From Octopus bimaculoides (lineage: Eukaryota): a DNA stretch of 64,000 nucleotides. The notes below the pieces were generated by a model. That model worked only from the letters and a program-made list of their open reading frames with translations, was not told the origin of the DNA and made no database searches. Position 1 is the stretch's first letter, and the number at the start of each line of letters is the position of its first letter. The stretch is taken from assembly GCF_001194135.2 (NCBI RefSeq), contig NC_068989.1:3202158-3266157 (forward strand). The letters are read 5' to 3'. Below are positions 12,736 to 25,514 of this stretch, piece after piece. A program made the position numbers and the translations under genes.

Positions 12736-13319
12736 ATATATAATGTACACTCGCACATGCACACAAACACATGTCTATGCTGTGTTTTTATACCATTCCC
12801 ATCTATCGTATTCACTTAAAAGGCATTGGTCAGCTGAAGTCTATATTTGAAGACATTTGCTAGAGGTAACAATGTATCCTTTCTTGATTTGAGGGATATT
12901 TGACTACTGTCTCTAGCAGGTCGAGTCACTGTATAACAGCTCTTTTGTTGGCACAGCATTATTGTTGGTAGTGGTGGTCATATGGAAGGGAGAAAGGGGG
13001 AAGTCGGTTGAGCGCATTAGTGCATGGGGTTAGGTGGAGGGTCCAATATCTTGTTCCTTACAGTAAGATGTGATTTGAGGGAGACCTAGATTAATATTTC
13101 TAAAAGGTCATGCAAGCACATAGAAATCCCTCTTTGGTTGGTTGTTAGGGCCTGGATGTGCCTGTAACGCGTCGTCTTAACCCCAGCCCTTTGCAAAAGC
13201 CTGGAGATGGAAAAAATATCATCCAATGTGTGTTGACATTTACTGATACTAATTGGCTGTGAGTGCCTTATCTCTTGAATGAATTACAGGATTAACGAAG
13301 GTGACAAATNNNNNNNNNN

Positions 13320-13362
<43 letters not shown>

Positions 13363-13381
13363 GTATGTTATATAAGTATAT

Positions 13382-13460
13382 ATACGACGGTTCTCTTTCA
13401 ACTTCCGTCTACCAAATCTACTGAAAAGGCTTTGGTTGACCCGGGGCTATAGTAAAATAT
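13382..13460 (-). mobile_element. SINE family B fragment
   Basis: acgacgg...ttccgtctaccaaatctactgaaaaggctttggttgacccggggctatagt. Confidence 0.7.
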
Positions 13461-13679
13461 ATTCTCCTTATGTCGGTCTGTGTCAAATAATCGAGAGAAG
13501 AGTGCTTAGTACATGTTAAAGTAGGCTGTATTCCTCATACGAGTCCTCTACTCAGGTTTCAAGTCACCGCGATCTTCAAGCGAAAAGCTGAAGATCGTAG
13601 TGGCCCGAAACTTGAGTTAGATTTATAAATTTCTTCCAATTAAATAAGTAAGTGTCGTATAGTAATATATTTTCCTATT

Positions 13680-13990
13680 TTTGTGTGTTTATTTAATTTT
13701 TTAATGTTATTTTTGCTATATTTATTTTTAAAACTCAACACGTCTCATAAACTTAATTATTCTTTCATTCGTACAATCCAGTCGCTTATTATCATAATAA
13801 TTTGCCGACATTATCAAGTTTGATCTCTTTTACGACACATGATTACAAGTAATATAATTGTTTTTAAGTTAAATTGGTATAAACATGTCAGCATGGTCTT
13901 AAATGCAAAACAACTACACATTGCACTGACGAGGCAATAAAGATCGAAACACGTATGTCAGCTTAACAGATGACTGAATAAAATTATATA
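13680..13990 (+). mobile_element. Penelope-like pseudo-LTR remnant with a degenerate hammerhead core
   Basis: AT-rich segment ending CTGACGA-GGCaataaaGATC-GAAAC-A(cgta)TGTC (13926-13959), then AATAAA and (TA)n. Confidence 0.45.
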
Positions 13991-14321
13991 TATATATATA
14001 TATGGTTCTGTTTGTGTGTTTGTTTTTTATTCCTTCAAATTTAATAAAAGAAAATCTATTGTATAGAATCCATAACATTACCTACATCGGTGTATGAAAG
14101 ACGCAAATGAATAAGCCGGATATGTGTGTGTGTGTGTGTGTACATATGTATGTATATAATGTTTATATAAATACTCCAACCCATACCAGCATGGGAAATG
14201 GGCGTTTGATGATGATGATGATGATATATGCATACATAAATGTATGTACACATCCTTTGGTTTTTTTTGAGTTTAACAAATGAGACGAGGAATATTTAGT
14301 GCATGCAATACTGTGAGTGTA

Positions 14322-14405
<84 letters not shown>

Positions 14406-14649
14406 AATATAAAATATATGGTCCAACTCATGCCAGCATGGAAAGCGGACATTTTATATATATATATAGTGAGAGAATATATATATTTGTTTAAAGTTAA
14501 TGATTCACTGCATTGCTACCTAAGCTTTCTCACTTGATGCGATCATTGAGGCGGCAATGAATATGCTGTTGCCTCAGTGATTTCATTGAGTGAAGAAGAA
14601 GTCTTGAATAAGGTCAGAATGAATTAAAAGCTTCACACACACACACAGA

Positions 14650-14686
<37 letters not shown>

Positions 14687-15254
14687 AGAGGTTTCCCTGT
14701 TGGCACATATTTTCATTCCAGTTAATGACTTCAGCCTTCGTTCTACGTTGGATGATTCTCAACAGAACACTGTCTGCTTGTTAAAGGTTTTTGACATTTT
14801 CACATCACACCAAGCGTAACACATAGTTCTGTGCTTTCTGAGATGCAAAACTTACCAACCACAGATGAATCTATGAAGGCTTATCTTCAAATATCTTTCA
14901 TCAGTAATAAATTCTGACGAGGCAAATTATTCACATTTGCCATTTTTGGTGGAATCAGCACTTTGTAGAAAAAAAGAAAAATGGCCTGCCGGATTCTTTC
15001 TTGTTGTCTTGTGTTATTTTAGAAGCTTTTTGCCCCAGGGTCATTAAAGGGCTGGACAGGTTTATACTATTTTTTATCTTGTTTCAATCATTGGTATGAC
15101 CTTGAAGGCAAAACCTGAGCATTTATTTGTGAATCTGGTACTTTTTAGTCTGTTGGTCTCTTTTACTGAACTGCTGTTATGGGGATGTAAACAAACCAAC
15201 GACAACTGTCAAGTAAGCACAAACACACACACATATACATATATACTTATACAC

Positions 15255-15420
15255 ATCAGGCTTCCACACAATTTTCACTGACCAAAATCAGCCATAAGGC
15301 AGTCATTGGTCGACTTGGGGTGGGGTTCTATGGTAGAGGATACTTCCCCAAGGTGCTACACAGTGAGATTGAACCCAAAATCATATGGTTGCAAAGCAAG
15401 GTTCTGAACCACACACCCAT
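15255..15420 (-). mobile_element. SINE family B
   Basis: gatacttcccaaggtgctacacagtgagattgaaccc...catatggttgcaaagcaag. Confidence 0.75.
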
Positions 15421-15439
15421 ACATACATAGACATTTTTA

Positions 15440-15490
<51 letters not shown>

Positions 15491-15509
15491 ATATATATAC
15501 ATACACTGC

Positions 15510-15630
15510 CAGTGCTGGTGCCAAATAAAAGGCACCCAGTCCACTCTGTAAAGTGATTAGCATTAGGAAAGGCATCCCGCCATAGAAACCTTACCAAAAC
15601 AGACAATTGGAGTCTGGTGCACCTCTCTAT
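15510..15630 (+). mobile_element. SINE-like family A fragment
   Basis: aaaggcaccca...agcattaggaaaggcatcccgccatagaaacc. Confidence 0.7.
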
Positions 15631-15852
15631 CTTGCACAACAACTGTCAAGTAAGGTTTTTTCTGTTTGTCAAGTCACAACAAGGACCTCAGACAAACAGT
15701 ACTTCACACAATATGTGTGCAGTTCCAAGTAATGCTGACTTTCGCAATACATTTAGATTGTAGGGTATTTCTAAAGTTTGCAGATGCTTTTTCAGATTGG
15801 GTGGTATTAAACCCAATGCTCTGAATTATTATTATTATTATTACTGTAATTA

Positions 15853-16150
15853 TGGTGGCCTAGTGGTTAAGGCATTGCATTCATGATCGCTAGATCATGG
15901 ATTCAATTCCTGGACAGAGCATCACATTGTGTTCTTGCGCAAACCACTCCATTTCATGTTGCATTGCAATCATTTCAACATCTGACATGTGGCACAAGTG
16001 CTCCTGTACAGGCAATATCGATCTGATGGAGGAAATGAGCTAATCTACAGCACATAGATTCGATCCCCAGAAACAAATCATTTGTGCAGGTCGTTCAGCA
16101 AAAACGGAACACTCAGACATCGTCTTCGGTGAGAGAGATTATCGTTATCA
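15853..16150 (+). mobile_element. tRNA-derived SINE family C
   Basis: A box tggcctagtggttaagg and B box ggattcaattcc, then gtgttcttgcgcaaacc. About 8 copies in the window. Confidence 0.8.
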
Positions 16151-16744
16151 TCATTGGAAAATAACGAAGTCTGCATCTTTAATATATTATTTCTGAAACA
16201 CGATCAACGTTATTATTTCTGCTGATTAAATCTCATACCGTTACATATTAACTATGTTAAAAATTGTATTTACAAAATAGTTTAATTCACAATCATTTAT
16301 TTAAAATGCTGAATGTAGAATGAATTTGGTTGAAAAATTACAGTAATTACTAATATCCGTCTGTTTTGCCCGGCAGGTTAAAATGTTTCAACCAGCTTGT
16401 AATAATTGCTATCCTCATCACCACCACCACCATCATACCACCACCATCACTATCATCATCATCACCATCATTATCATACCACCACCATCATCACCACCAC
16501 CATCATCATCATTGTTTAAATGTTTTCTTTTATTTGCTTTTATATACTTAGTTTTTTTTCTATGGAAAATGGAATCTATAAAAAAATGTTTCTTTGTTTC
16601 ATTTGTTGTGATTTCAATTTGAGGAATTTCTCGAAAATAATTTACCAATTCTGTGTTTGTAGATTGATAAGTTTATCATTTCTCAAATGATTTAATTCCA
16701 GATTAGAAGTAATATATTGCCATCATTATTATTATCATCATCGT

Positions 16745-16985
16745 TAAGGCTGTGATTTGGCAGAATCGTTAGCAGAATCATTTGCACACCAGGCAAAATA
16801 ATTAGTGTCATTTCATCTGTCTGCATGCTCTGAGTTCAAATTCTGCCAAGTTAGACTTTGCTTTTCATACTTTCAGGGTCAATAAAATAAGTACCAGTTA
16901 AAAACAGGGGTCAGTGTAAATCGACTTAACTCCTTCCCCACAATTTCAGGGCTCGGCCCTATAATAGAAAGGATTACTATTATTA
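16745..16985 (+). mobile_element. SINE family D
   Basis: tggcagaatcgttagc...ctgagttcaaattc...ctttgcttttcatactttcagggtcaataaaataagtaccag...tagaaaggatta. Confidence 0.85.
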
Positions 16986-17302
16986 TCTTAAATGTTAGCT
17001 TGAGTTCTTGTTGTATAATGTCAGGTCAGCTTGTGCATTGAACTCTGAAAACCAAACCAAACTACATTTAAGACTGTTTCCTTCTTAATTAGAAGCACTA
17101 CAATTTGTTTGATACTTTTATATCTTGGTCCCACAATTTGATGCCCCTGTAATCAGGGAACTTCCATAAACACCTTTCCAGAGCATCACCCTTTTTCATG
17201 TAGCTCTTGACAATGATGATGTTGCCTCAATATCAGTCCCAGACAACAACCCCTTCCTCTATTAATTGACTTTGGGAATGACTTGCGTATACCCTTCCTC
17301 AC

Positions 17303-17356
17303 TGGAGGTTTTCATAAACTCGGATGTCGGGGTGGAAAACTGCTCCGGCATCTCGT
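17303..17356 (-). CDS. Candidate exon of an unidentified gene
   Basis: Acceptor ataattgtcttaataacag and donor CCA|gtgagg. 54 nt, CpG-rich, open as DEMPEQFSTPTSEFMKTS or RDAGAVFHPDIRVYENL. Confidence 0.2.
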
Positions 17357-17444
17357 CTGTTATTAAGACAATTATATTACAGATAAATTCCTCTATTTAC
17401 ATGATATCGAGGTCTCATTCATTCTTTTGCTGTCCTACCATTAC

Positions 17445-17479
<35 letters not shown>

Positions 17480-17482
17480 GTG

Positions 17483-17523
<41 letters not shown>

Positions 17524-17858
17524 ATATATGTGTCTGTGTATATATATATTTATGTATATATATATATATATATATGCGTGTGTATATTGTTTACTTTGTC
17601 TTTGTTTATTCAAAATGGTAACTTGTGACTTGAGGAAAAATTGGCTGCTATTTCTACTGGTTTAAGAGATTATGTAGATGCTCCTGTGTTGAATTAGAAT
17701 CAGGAATGTGAAAGTAATCACTGTAATTTGTGAAATTTCAGTTTTAAAATAAATTCTCAAATAAAACCTATAAACTTTGCATTATTGAGTACTTTTATTT
17801 AGTTTGTAAACACAAACACTTAACTAATTGTATGTGTGTGCATCATGTGTGTTCACAA

Positions 17859-17906
<48 letters not shown>

Positions 17907-18611
17907 NNNNNNNNNNNNNNNNNNNNNNNNNNNNNNNNNNNNNNNNNNNNNNNNNNNNNNNNNNNNNNNNNNNNNNNNNNNNNNNNNNNNNNNNNNNNNN
18001 NNNNNNNNNNNNNNNNNNNNNNNNNNNNNNNNNNNNNNNNNNNNNNNNNNNNNNNNNNNNNNNNNNNNNNNNNNNNNNNNNNNNNNNNNNNNNNNNNNNN
18101 NNNNNNNNNNNNNNNNNNNNNNNNNNNNNNNNNNNNNNNNNNNNNNNNNNNNNNNNNNNNNNNNNNNNNNNNNNNNNNNNNNNNNNNNNNNNNNNNNNNN
18201 NNNNNNNNNNNNNNNNNNNNNNNNNNNNNNNNNNNNNNNNNNNNNNNNNNNNNNNNNNNNNNNNNNNNNNNNNNNNNNNNNNNNNNNNNNNNNNNNNNNN
18301 NNNNNNNNNNNNNNNNNNNNNNNNNNNNNNNNNNNNNNNNNNNNNNNNNNNNNNNNNNNNNNNNNNNNNNNNNNNNNNNNNNNNNNNNNNNNNNNNNNNN
18401 NNNNNNNNNNNNNNNNNNNNNNNNNNNNNNNNNNNNNNNNNNNNNNNNNNNNNNNNNNNNNNNNNNNNNNNNNNNNNNNNNNNNNNNNNNNNNNNNNNNN
18501 NNNNNNNNNNNNNNNNNNNNNNNNNNNNNNNNNNNNNNNNNNNNNNNNNNNNNNNNNNNNNNNNNNNNNNNNNNNNNNNNNNNNNNNNNNNNNNNNNNNN
18601 NNNNNNNNNNN

Positions 18612-18650
<39 letters not shown>

Positions 18651-18767
18651 AATACATATATGTATTTGGCATACAAAACACATACATACACACATTAATA
18701 CTCATTCATACACACATACAAGTAAATACCAGCTTGAATACAAAGGTATACAAACAACATACACATC

Positions 18768-18910
18768 ATCATCATCGTCACTTAACGTCTGCTTTCCATG
18801 CTGGCATGGGTTGGACGGTTTGACTGAGGAAGGGCAAGCTGGAAGGCTGCACCAGGCTCCAATCTGACTTGGCAACGTTTCTACAGCTGGATGCCCTTCC
18901 TAACAGCAAC
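18768..18910 (-). mobile_element. SINE-like family A
   Basis: catcatcgtcacttaacgtctgctttccatgctggcatggg...ctacagctggatgcccttcc. Confidence 0.85.
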
Positions 18911-19654
18911 TAGTAAAGTTTGGAGTTCAAGGAGAGGAACGAGGGAGGAGAAAGAGAAAAATGGGAGAAAGAAAAATTACAATACAACACTGGTACAAAA
19001 AATGGTTTTTGTTCTGTGAGAGAAGAAAATTAGTGACGTGTGTGAAGTGTGGAGGGGTGTAAAGCAGATAAATAGGAAAATAAGAAAAGTGAATAAGATT
19101 AAAAACAAACAAGAAAAGTTGCAAGTTCAGGAAGAGGAGAGAAGTAAGAGAAAAAATAATAAGAAAATATTTAGTTGTAGAAATCGATTAAAGGGAAACC
19201 CTGTGTAACAGCTTGTGAAGTCTCTTTCAGCTTCAGTAGAACATTATATATATATATATATAAAGGTTATAAAGGACACAGGTTTCGTGTGTCACATAGC
19301 TAGCTAGAGGCGATGGCTTCTTGGAGCTAATTCACGGCAGCTTTCGTCCTAATTTTGGGACTGCCATGTTGGCTTGGCGATAACTATTAATTTCCAGTAC
19401 CGCTGCCGTAGTCTCCTTTAGAGAGACTTAGAAATATTAATAACTCTATATATATATATATATTTATAAATGAGAAAAGGAAGAAAATAGAAAAATTGAC
19501 GTACAGGCATTTATTCAAAGATACCTATACGTTTTAATGATAGGTTTCGCTGAACACTGGTGTAAACTGGAGAACTAGGAAGCTTGCATCCCTTAAGGGA
19601 CCATAGTCTCTTGATTGAACACACACACACACACATATATACATATATACATAG

Positions 19655-20038
19655 GTGCAGGTATGGGTGTGTGCTAAGAAGTTTGCTTCTCAGCCACATA
19701 ATTTTAGGTTCAGTCTCACTGTGTGGCACCTTGGGCAAGTGTCTTCTACTATAGTCTTGGGCCAAACAAAGTCTTGTGAGTAGATTTGGTAGATGGAAAC
19801 TGAAAGAAGCTCATCGTGTATATATATATATATGTGTGTGTGTTTGTCCACCACCACTTGACAACTGGTGTTGGTGTGTTTACATCCCCATAACTTAGCA
19901 GTTCAGTAGAAGAGACCAATAAAGTAAGTACCAGGCTTAAAAAGAAAGAACTGGAGTTTATTTGCTCGACTAAATATTCTTCGAGGCAGTACCCCCAGCA
20001 TGGCCACGGTCTAATGAGTGAAACAAGGAAAAGATAAA
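19655..20038 (+). mobile_element. SINE family B with long 3' module
   Basis: B head, internal (TA/TG)n, then ttacatccccataacttagcagttc...cccagcatggccac...gaaacaaggaaaagataaa. Colinear with 48872-49235. Confidence 0.85.
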
Positions 20039-21119
20039 ACGATATATTCAATGCCAAAGGACTAAACATGGAGTTCTTGTGTTGTTGTTGTTGTTAGCAA
20101 TGTCTGAGAAATAAACAGATGGGGGATGAAATGGATCTCAAATATCCCACACAAAGAATATTTATCATCTTTNNNNNNNNNNNNNNNNNNNNNNNNNNNN
20201 NNNNNNNNNNNNNNNNNNNNNNNNNNNNNNNNNNNNNNNNNNNNNNNNNNNNNNNNNNNNNNNNNNNNNNNNNNNNNNNNNNNNNNNNNNNNNNNNNNNN
20301 NNNNNNNNNNNNNNNNNNNNNNNNNNNNNNNNNNNNNNNNNNNNNNNNNNNNNNNNNNNNNNNNNNNNNNNNNNNNNNNNNNNNNNNNNNNNNNNNNNNN
20401 NNNNNNNNNNNNNNNNNNNNNNNNNNNNNNNNNNNNNNNNNNNNNNNNNNNNNNNNNNNNNNNNNNNNNNNNNNNNNNNNNNNNNNNNNNNNNNNNNNNN
20501 NNNNNNNNNNNNNNNNNNNNNNNNNNNNNNNNNNNNNNNNNNNNNNNNNNNNNNNNNNNNNNNNNNNNNNNNNNNNNNNNNNNNNNNNNNNNNNNNNNNG
20601 ACATATTGTCAGACAAATCAGCCAATTGAAAGAGAAAAAATTAGTTTTGCAAGAAAGAATATAAAGAAAATAAGAAGGAAATGAAGAAGAGAGAAATGGT
20701 AATTGGATGTGGTGGTGGTGGGAGGGGGGGATAATGAGATGGTAAACCTTGTTGGAAGTCCCCCAAATCACCTGAAGCAAGGCCATAAATAAAAGACCAA
20801 GGAGACAAAAGAGAGAAGAAGGGGAAGAGAGAGAGAGAGAGATATGGAGAGTGTGTGTGTGTAAGTAATATGGTTGGTAATAATAGAAACAAGCCCGCAT
20901 TACATGTTTTCCGTGTTTCCAATGTCGATGATAAAAAAGCAGATAAATAGACGAGGTCAGGAATAATTGATTTGAGGTCAGCTGTTTGGAATTCTTCGTT
21001 AAACGTCTTAGATCTTATAATCTTCAATATGTTGATTGATTAATAATTACTGATCTATCATTGTTCAGCGCTCGGCTCAAATGCTTGAAGGCAAAGATGC
21101 CAATAATTTGAGCCAACAA

Positions 21120-21275
21120 AGCACTGGAATGGCTGTGTGGTATGTTTGCTTCCCAACCACATGGTTCTGGGTTCAGTCCCTCTGCGTGGCACTTTGTACA
21201 AGTGTCTTCTACTATAGCCTTGGGCCAACAAAAGCCTTGTGAGTGGATTTTGTTGAAAAAAGCTAAAAGAAGTCC

Positions 21276-21327
<52 letters not shown>

Positions 21328-21600
21328 TGTGCATGTGTCTGTACGTGCATGCCTGTGTGCATGTACGCATCTGTGTGTGTGTGTGTGCATCTGCATGTAT
21401 GCATCTGCATCTGTGTGCATGTGCATGCATGTGTGTGTGTGTTTGTATCTTCTTGTTTTTGACTTTGTGTGATAGTTGTAAACGAGTGTCACCGTCATAC
21501 AAGCAGTGTCTTTCATTTCCAATCTTCCGTGAAAACATGTCTGGCCGTAGGAAAATATTACCATATTTGGAAACAGGTGAGGGTTGGTGTTGGGATACCT
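21120..21600 (+). mobile_element. SINE family B with alternative 3' module
   Basis: B head, (TG)n, then gtgtcaccgtcatacaagcagtgtc...ggaaacaggtgagggttgg. Colinear with 62460-62710. Confidence 0.8.
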
Positions 21601-21744
21601 TTCTTACTGTACCTTTCATTGTTTTCATTGTTTACCATTTAGTGACGGAGGAAAAGACAGTGACCCCTTGATCCTTCAATTGTTTTCAGGACCTCTAAGA
21701 CTGGTGTGAGAGGCGGACGGTTATCCTCAAACCAGAACGCTTAC

Positions 21745-21856
21745 CCAGAATGGAACCTGGCACCCAAAGTTCAGATGGTGATGATGATGATGATGATGTT
21801 ATAAGGTTGTTCTCCACCACCACCACCAACAACATAACCATTATTATCCAGGCCAT
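21745..21856 (-). CDS. Candidate first coding exon with a signal-peptide-like N-terminus
   Basis: aacaATGG start after an in-frame stop; MAWIIMVMLLVVVVENNLITSSSSSSPSELWVPGSIL; donor G|gtaagc. Partly built from (GGT)n/(ATC)n repeats. Confidence 0.2.
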
Positions 21857-22330
21857 TGTTTCCCTCTAAAGAAATTAGTGCTTCCACTGTTTTTGCCAAG
21901 TCATCATCTTGCCTATTGTTAGCAGTGGATGACCATCACCACCACCACCACTTCCTCGGTCTTTTGATCCCACCATACCCACCTTCATGTCCTTCCCCCA
22001 CACCAATTCCTCTCTCTCTTCCCCTCTTTCTCTTCCTCTCTCTCTCTCTGACATACAAACATCTACAGAGTATGAAACCATCAATAATCAACTTGCTCCA
22101 GGAATCAAGTCTAAATACTTAATTACTTAATTACCTCTCTCTCTCTCTCTCTCTATGTTATTTATGTTTACATCTCTATATAAATGAACTTATATATACA
22201 TATAGATATGTTTTATATATATCTGTGTGTATACACACATGCATATATACTATCATCATTGATGTGTGTGTGTATATATATATATATATGCAAACATACA
22301 TGTGAGTGTGTTTATATATTTTTGTGTGCG

Positions 22331-22367
<37 letters not shown>

Positions 22368-22370
22368 TCG

Positions 22371-22407
<37 letters not shown>

Positions 22408-22729
22408 ACACCATTTTGGAAAATTTACTGACAGAAAAGAAAATAATAAAACAAGCACCTGAAAATGTAAAGAAAAATTCAGAATATGAAAATTAAAAAA
22501 AAAAACATAAATTAAAAATACTAATAAATGAAGACCACCACATGTACCATCCTTACCTACACTGACCTATAACAACCCAGTTTTCAGCAAGTAACCTCTC
22601 AACATTGTAAATGGAATGGTATGGAATAATCTAGAAACTATTTAAATTTCCGTAATCAAAGAATGCAGCCAAAAGCTGACTACTTTCCTCGATAAGTCCT
22701 CACCGATATCTATTGATTTTTTACATATG

Positions 22730-24005
22730 TATCTATGCATATATATATATATGTGTGTGTGTATATATATGTGTGTGTGTGTGTGTATATATACATATAT
22801 ACAAATGTATGTATATATAAATATATGTATATATATATGTATGTATATATATATATGTATGTATATATATATGTATATATAAATATATATATGTATGTAT
22901 ATATATATGTATATATAAATATATATATGTATGTATATATATATGTATATATAAATATATATATGTATGTATGTATATATAAATATACATATGTATGTAT
23001 GTNNNNNNNNNNNNNNNNNNNNNNNNNNNNNNNNNNNNNNNNNNNNNNNNNNNNNNNNNNNNNNNNNNNNNNNNNNNNNNNNNNNNNNNNNNNNNNNNNN
23101 NNNNNNNNNNNNNNNNNNNNNNNNNNNNNNNNNNNNNNNNNNNNNNNNNNNNNNNNNNNNNNNNNNNNNNNNNNNNNNNNNNNNNNNNNNNNNNNNNNNN
23201 NNNNNNNNNNNNNNNNNNNNNNNNNNNNNNNNNNNNNNNNNNNNNNNNNNNNNNNNNNNNNNNNNNNNNNNNNNNNNNNNNNNNNNNNNNNNNNNNNNNN
23301 NNNNNNNNNNNNNNNNNNNNNNNNNNNNNNNNNNNNNNNNNNNNNNNNNNNNNNNNNNNNNNNNNNNNNNNNNNNNNNNNNNNNNNNNNNNNNNNNNNNN
23401 NNNNNNNNNNNNNNNNNNNNNNNNNNNNNNNNNNNNNNNNNNNNNNNNNNNNNNNNNNNNNNNNNNNNNNNNNNNNNNNNNNNNNNNNNNNNNNNNNNNN
23501 NNNNNNNNNNNNNNNNNNNNNNNNNNNNNNNNNNNNNNNNNNNNNNNNNNNNNNNNNNNNNNNNNNNNNNNNNNNNNNNNNNNNNNNNNNNNNNNNNNNN
23601 NNNNNNNNNNNNNNNNNNNNNNNNNNNNNNNNNNNNNNNNNNNNNNNNNNNNNNNNNNNNNNNNNNNNNNNNNNNNNNNNNNNNNNNNNNNNNNNNNNNN
23701 NNNNNNNNNNNNNNNNNNNNNNNNNNNNNNNNNNNNNNNNNNNNNNNNNNNNNNNNNNNNNNNNNNNNNNNNNNNNNNNNNNNNNNNNNNNNNNNNNNNN
23801 NNNNNNNNNNNNNNNNNNNNNNNNNNNNNNNNNNNNNNNNNNNNATATATATATATATATATATATATAAATATATGTATGTATATATATAAATGTATGC
23901 ATATATATATATATATATATATAAATATATTTATGTATATATATAAATGTATGTATGTATATATATATGTATATATATATAAATGTATGTATGTATATAT
24001 ATATG

Positions 24006-24062
<57 letters not shown>
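22730..24062. repeat. Compound TA-rich minisatellite/microsatellite spanning a gap
   Basis: Recurring unit similar to gtatatataaatatatatatgtatgtatatatatat on both sides of the 23003-23844 gap. Confidence 0.85.
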
Positions 24063-24065
<3 letters not shown>

Positions 24066-24324
24066 CATGTATATAATCAATAAAAACGCGTATACAGATA
24101 CAAATTACAAATAAATGTATATATATGGGCATGTATGGTTTGGTACAAAGACTCAAATATAATTCTAGCAAATGTTAAATCAATGACAGGATAAGTAAAT
24201 TGATGAACAAGTCAGATCAGACTAAACTAAACATCAAAATCATATAACAACATCCAACGTTTGTTTATGTTCATTGAAAAATAAAATTGGATCAAAGGTC
24301 CATTCTATGCTGTTTGCTCCTCAG

Positions 24325-24530
24325 GCTGGTTTCCTGGATTCTGTGGTGTAAATATTGACCCCTCTGAATAGGACACCAGTCGGTTGTAGGATTCCTCATT
24401 TTTGCCAGCTGAGTGGACTGCAGGAACGTGACATGAAGTGTTTTGCCCCTGAACACAATACATTACTCAGTCCAGGAATCGAAACCACAATCTTGTGTTT
24501 GTGAGTGCAACACCCTTACAACTAAGCCAC
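24325..24530 (-). mobile_element. SINE family C
   Basis: catttttgccagctgagtggactg...ccaggaatcgaaaccacaatctt...actaagccacac. Confidence 0.85.
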
Positions 24531-24578
24531 ACATTTCCACTTATCATATCAATACATACAAATGTGTGTGTGTGTGTG

Positions 24579-24636
<58 letters not shown>

Positions 24637-24719
24637 TACATGCTTATCATCACCATCATCATCATTTAGTGTGTACTTTTCTGTAAATGCATGAGTCAGG
24701 TGAAAGAATTGTTAGCGAA

Positions 24720-25140
24720 TGTTTCTAAGACGGGTAATATCTTTGATGATACAAGAAACAGGAAATTTTTTGGCCTGTATCTGGTTTGATATAGGTTTTA
24801 TATAGTTCTTAAAGTTAGTTATTTCTAATATTATGTTGTAGTATGAGGCAACTCTTTTGACAGTTGTGCCATCAGATATGTTGGAGACAGGCCTACTCAT
24901 GGTATTGTTTAATTGTATATAATGTATAATTAGAACCTCTATTGATGTAAGGGGGATCCTCATTAGGTTTGTGAAAGGGATTATATTTGACTGTGTTAAG
25001 GTTCATATTAATATCTATAAAACTGACCTTTTTAAGGTTAATACTAACTGCAATTTTTAAATTGAGTTGAACAAATATCTTGCATAATTTTTCATATATT
25101 TTATCTGTCATCGCTAGACTTATTATGCACCACTCCTTAA
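24720..25140 (-). mobile_element. Penelope-like element reverse transcriptase remnant
   Basis: EKLCKIFVQLNLKIAVSINLKKVSFIDINMNLNTVKYNPFHKPNEDPPYINRGSN fits the PLE RT/thumb pattern K.IF...GL.ITI..N...VNFLDVT.DL..G.Y.PY.KPN..P.Y....SNHP. Confidence 0.75.
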
Positions 25141-25514
25141 CCATCATCCCTACACAACCCACATGTCAGCTTCCTTTATGTCATTGTAAAGATATGTAGG
25201 ATGTAGAGGTCAAGCAGACCTATTATCTCTTCTCCATCAAGGCTCCCCATAGTGACATTGAGATTCAACTTGGTGCCTCTCAGTAAAGTTCATTAGTTTT
25301 CATGTCTGAGTTGAGATTATTAAACAAGATTACAATCTTTCAGATCATCATCTCCATCATCAGATATCATCATCATCAGATATCATCTTCTTCATCATCA
25401 AATGGTTTTAAAGCAGGAACTTTCATTCTGCAAACCAGTGCTAAACGATGTTCTTTGGTATAAGGCTACTGTTCTCATTAATGGTTTCATCGTTATGGAT
25501 GAAAATCATAATTT

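Noticed and set aside
21069-21777. Plus-strand two-exon model RSAQMLEGKD... joined to TSKTGVRGG...
   Set aside because: The first donor lies inside a family B SINE head that carries this motif by default, and the phase match is a 1-in-3 chance.
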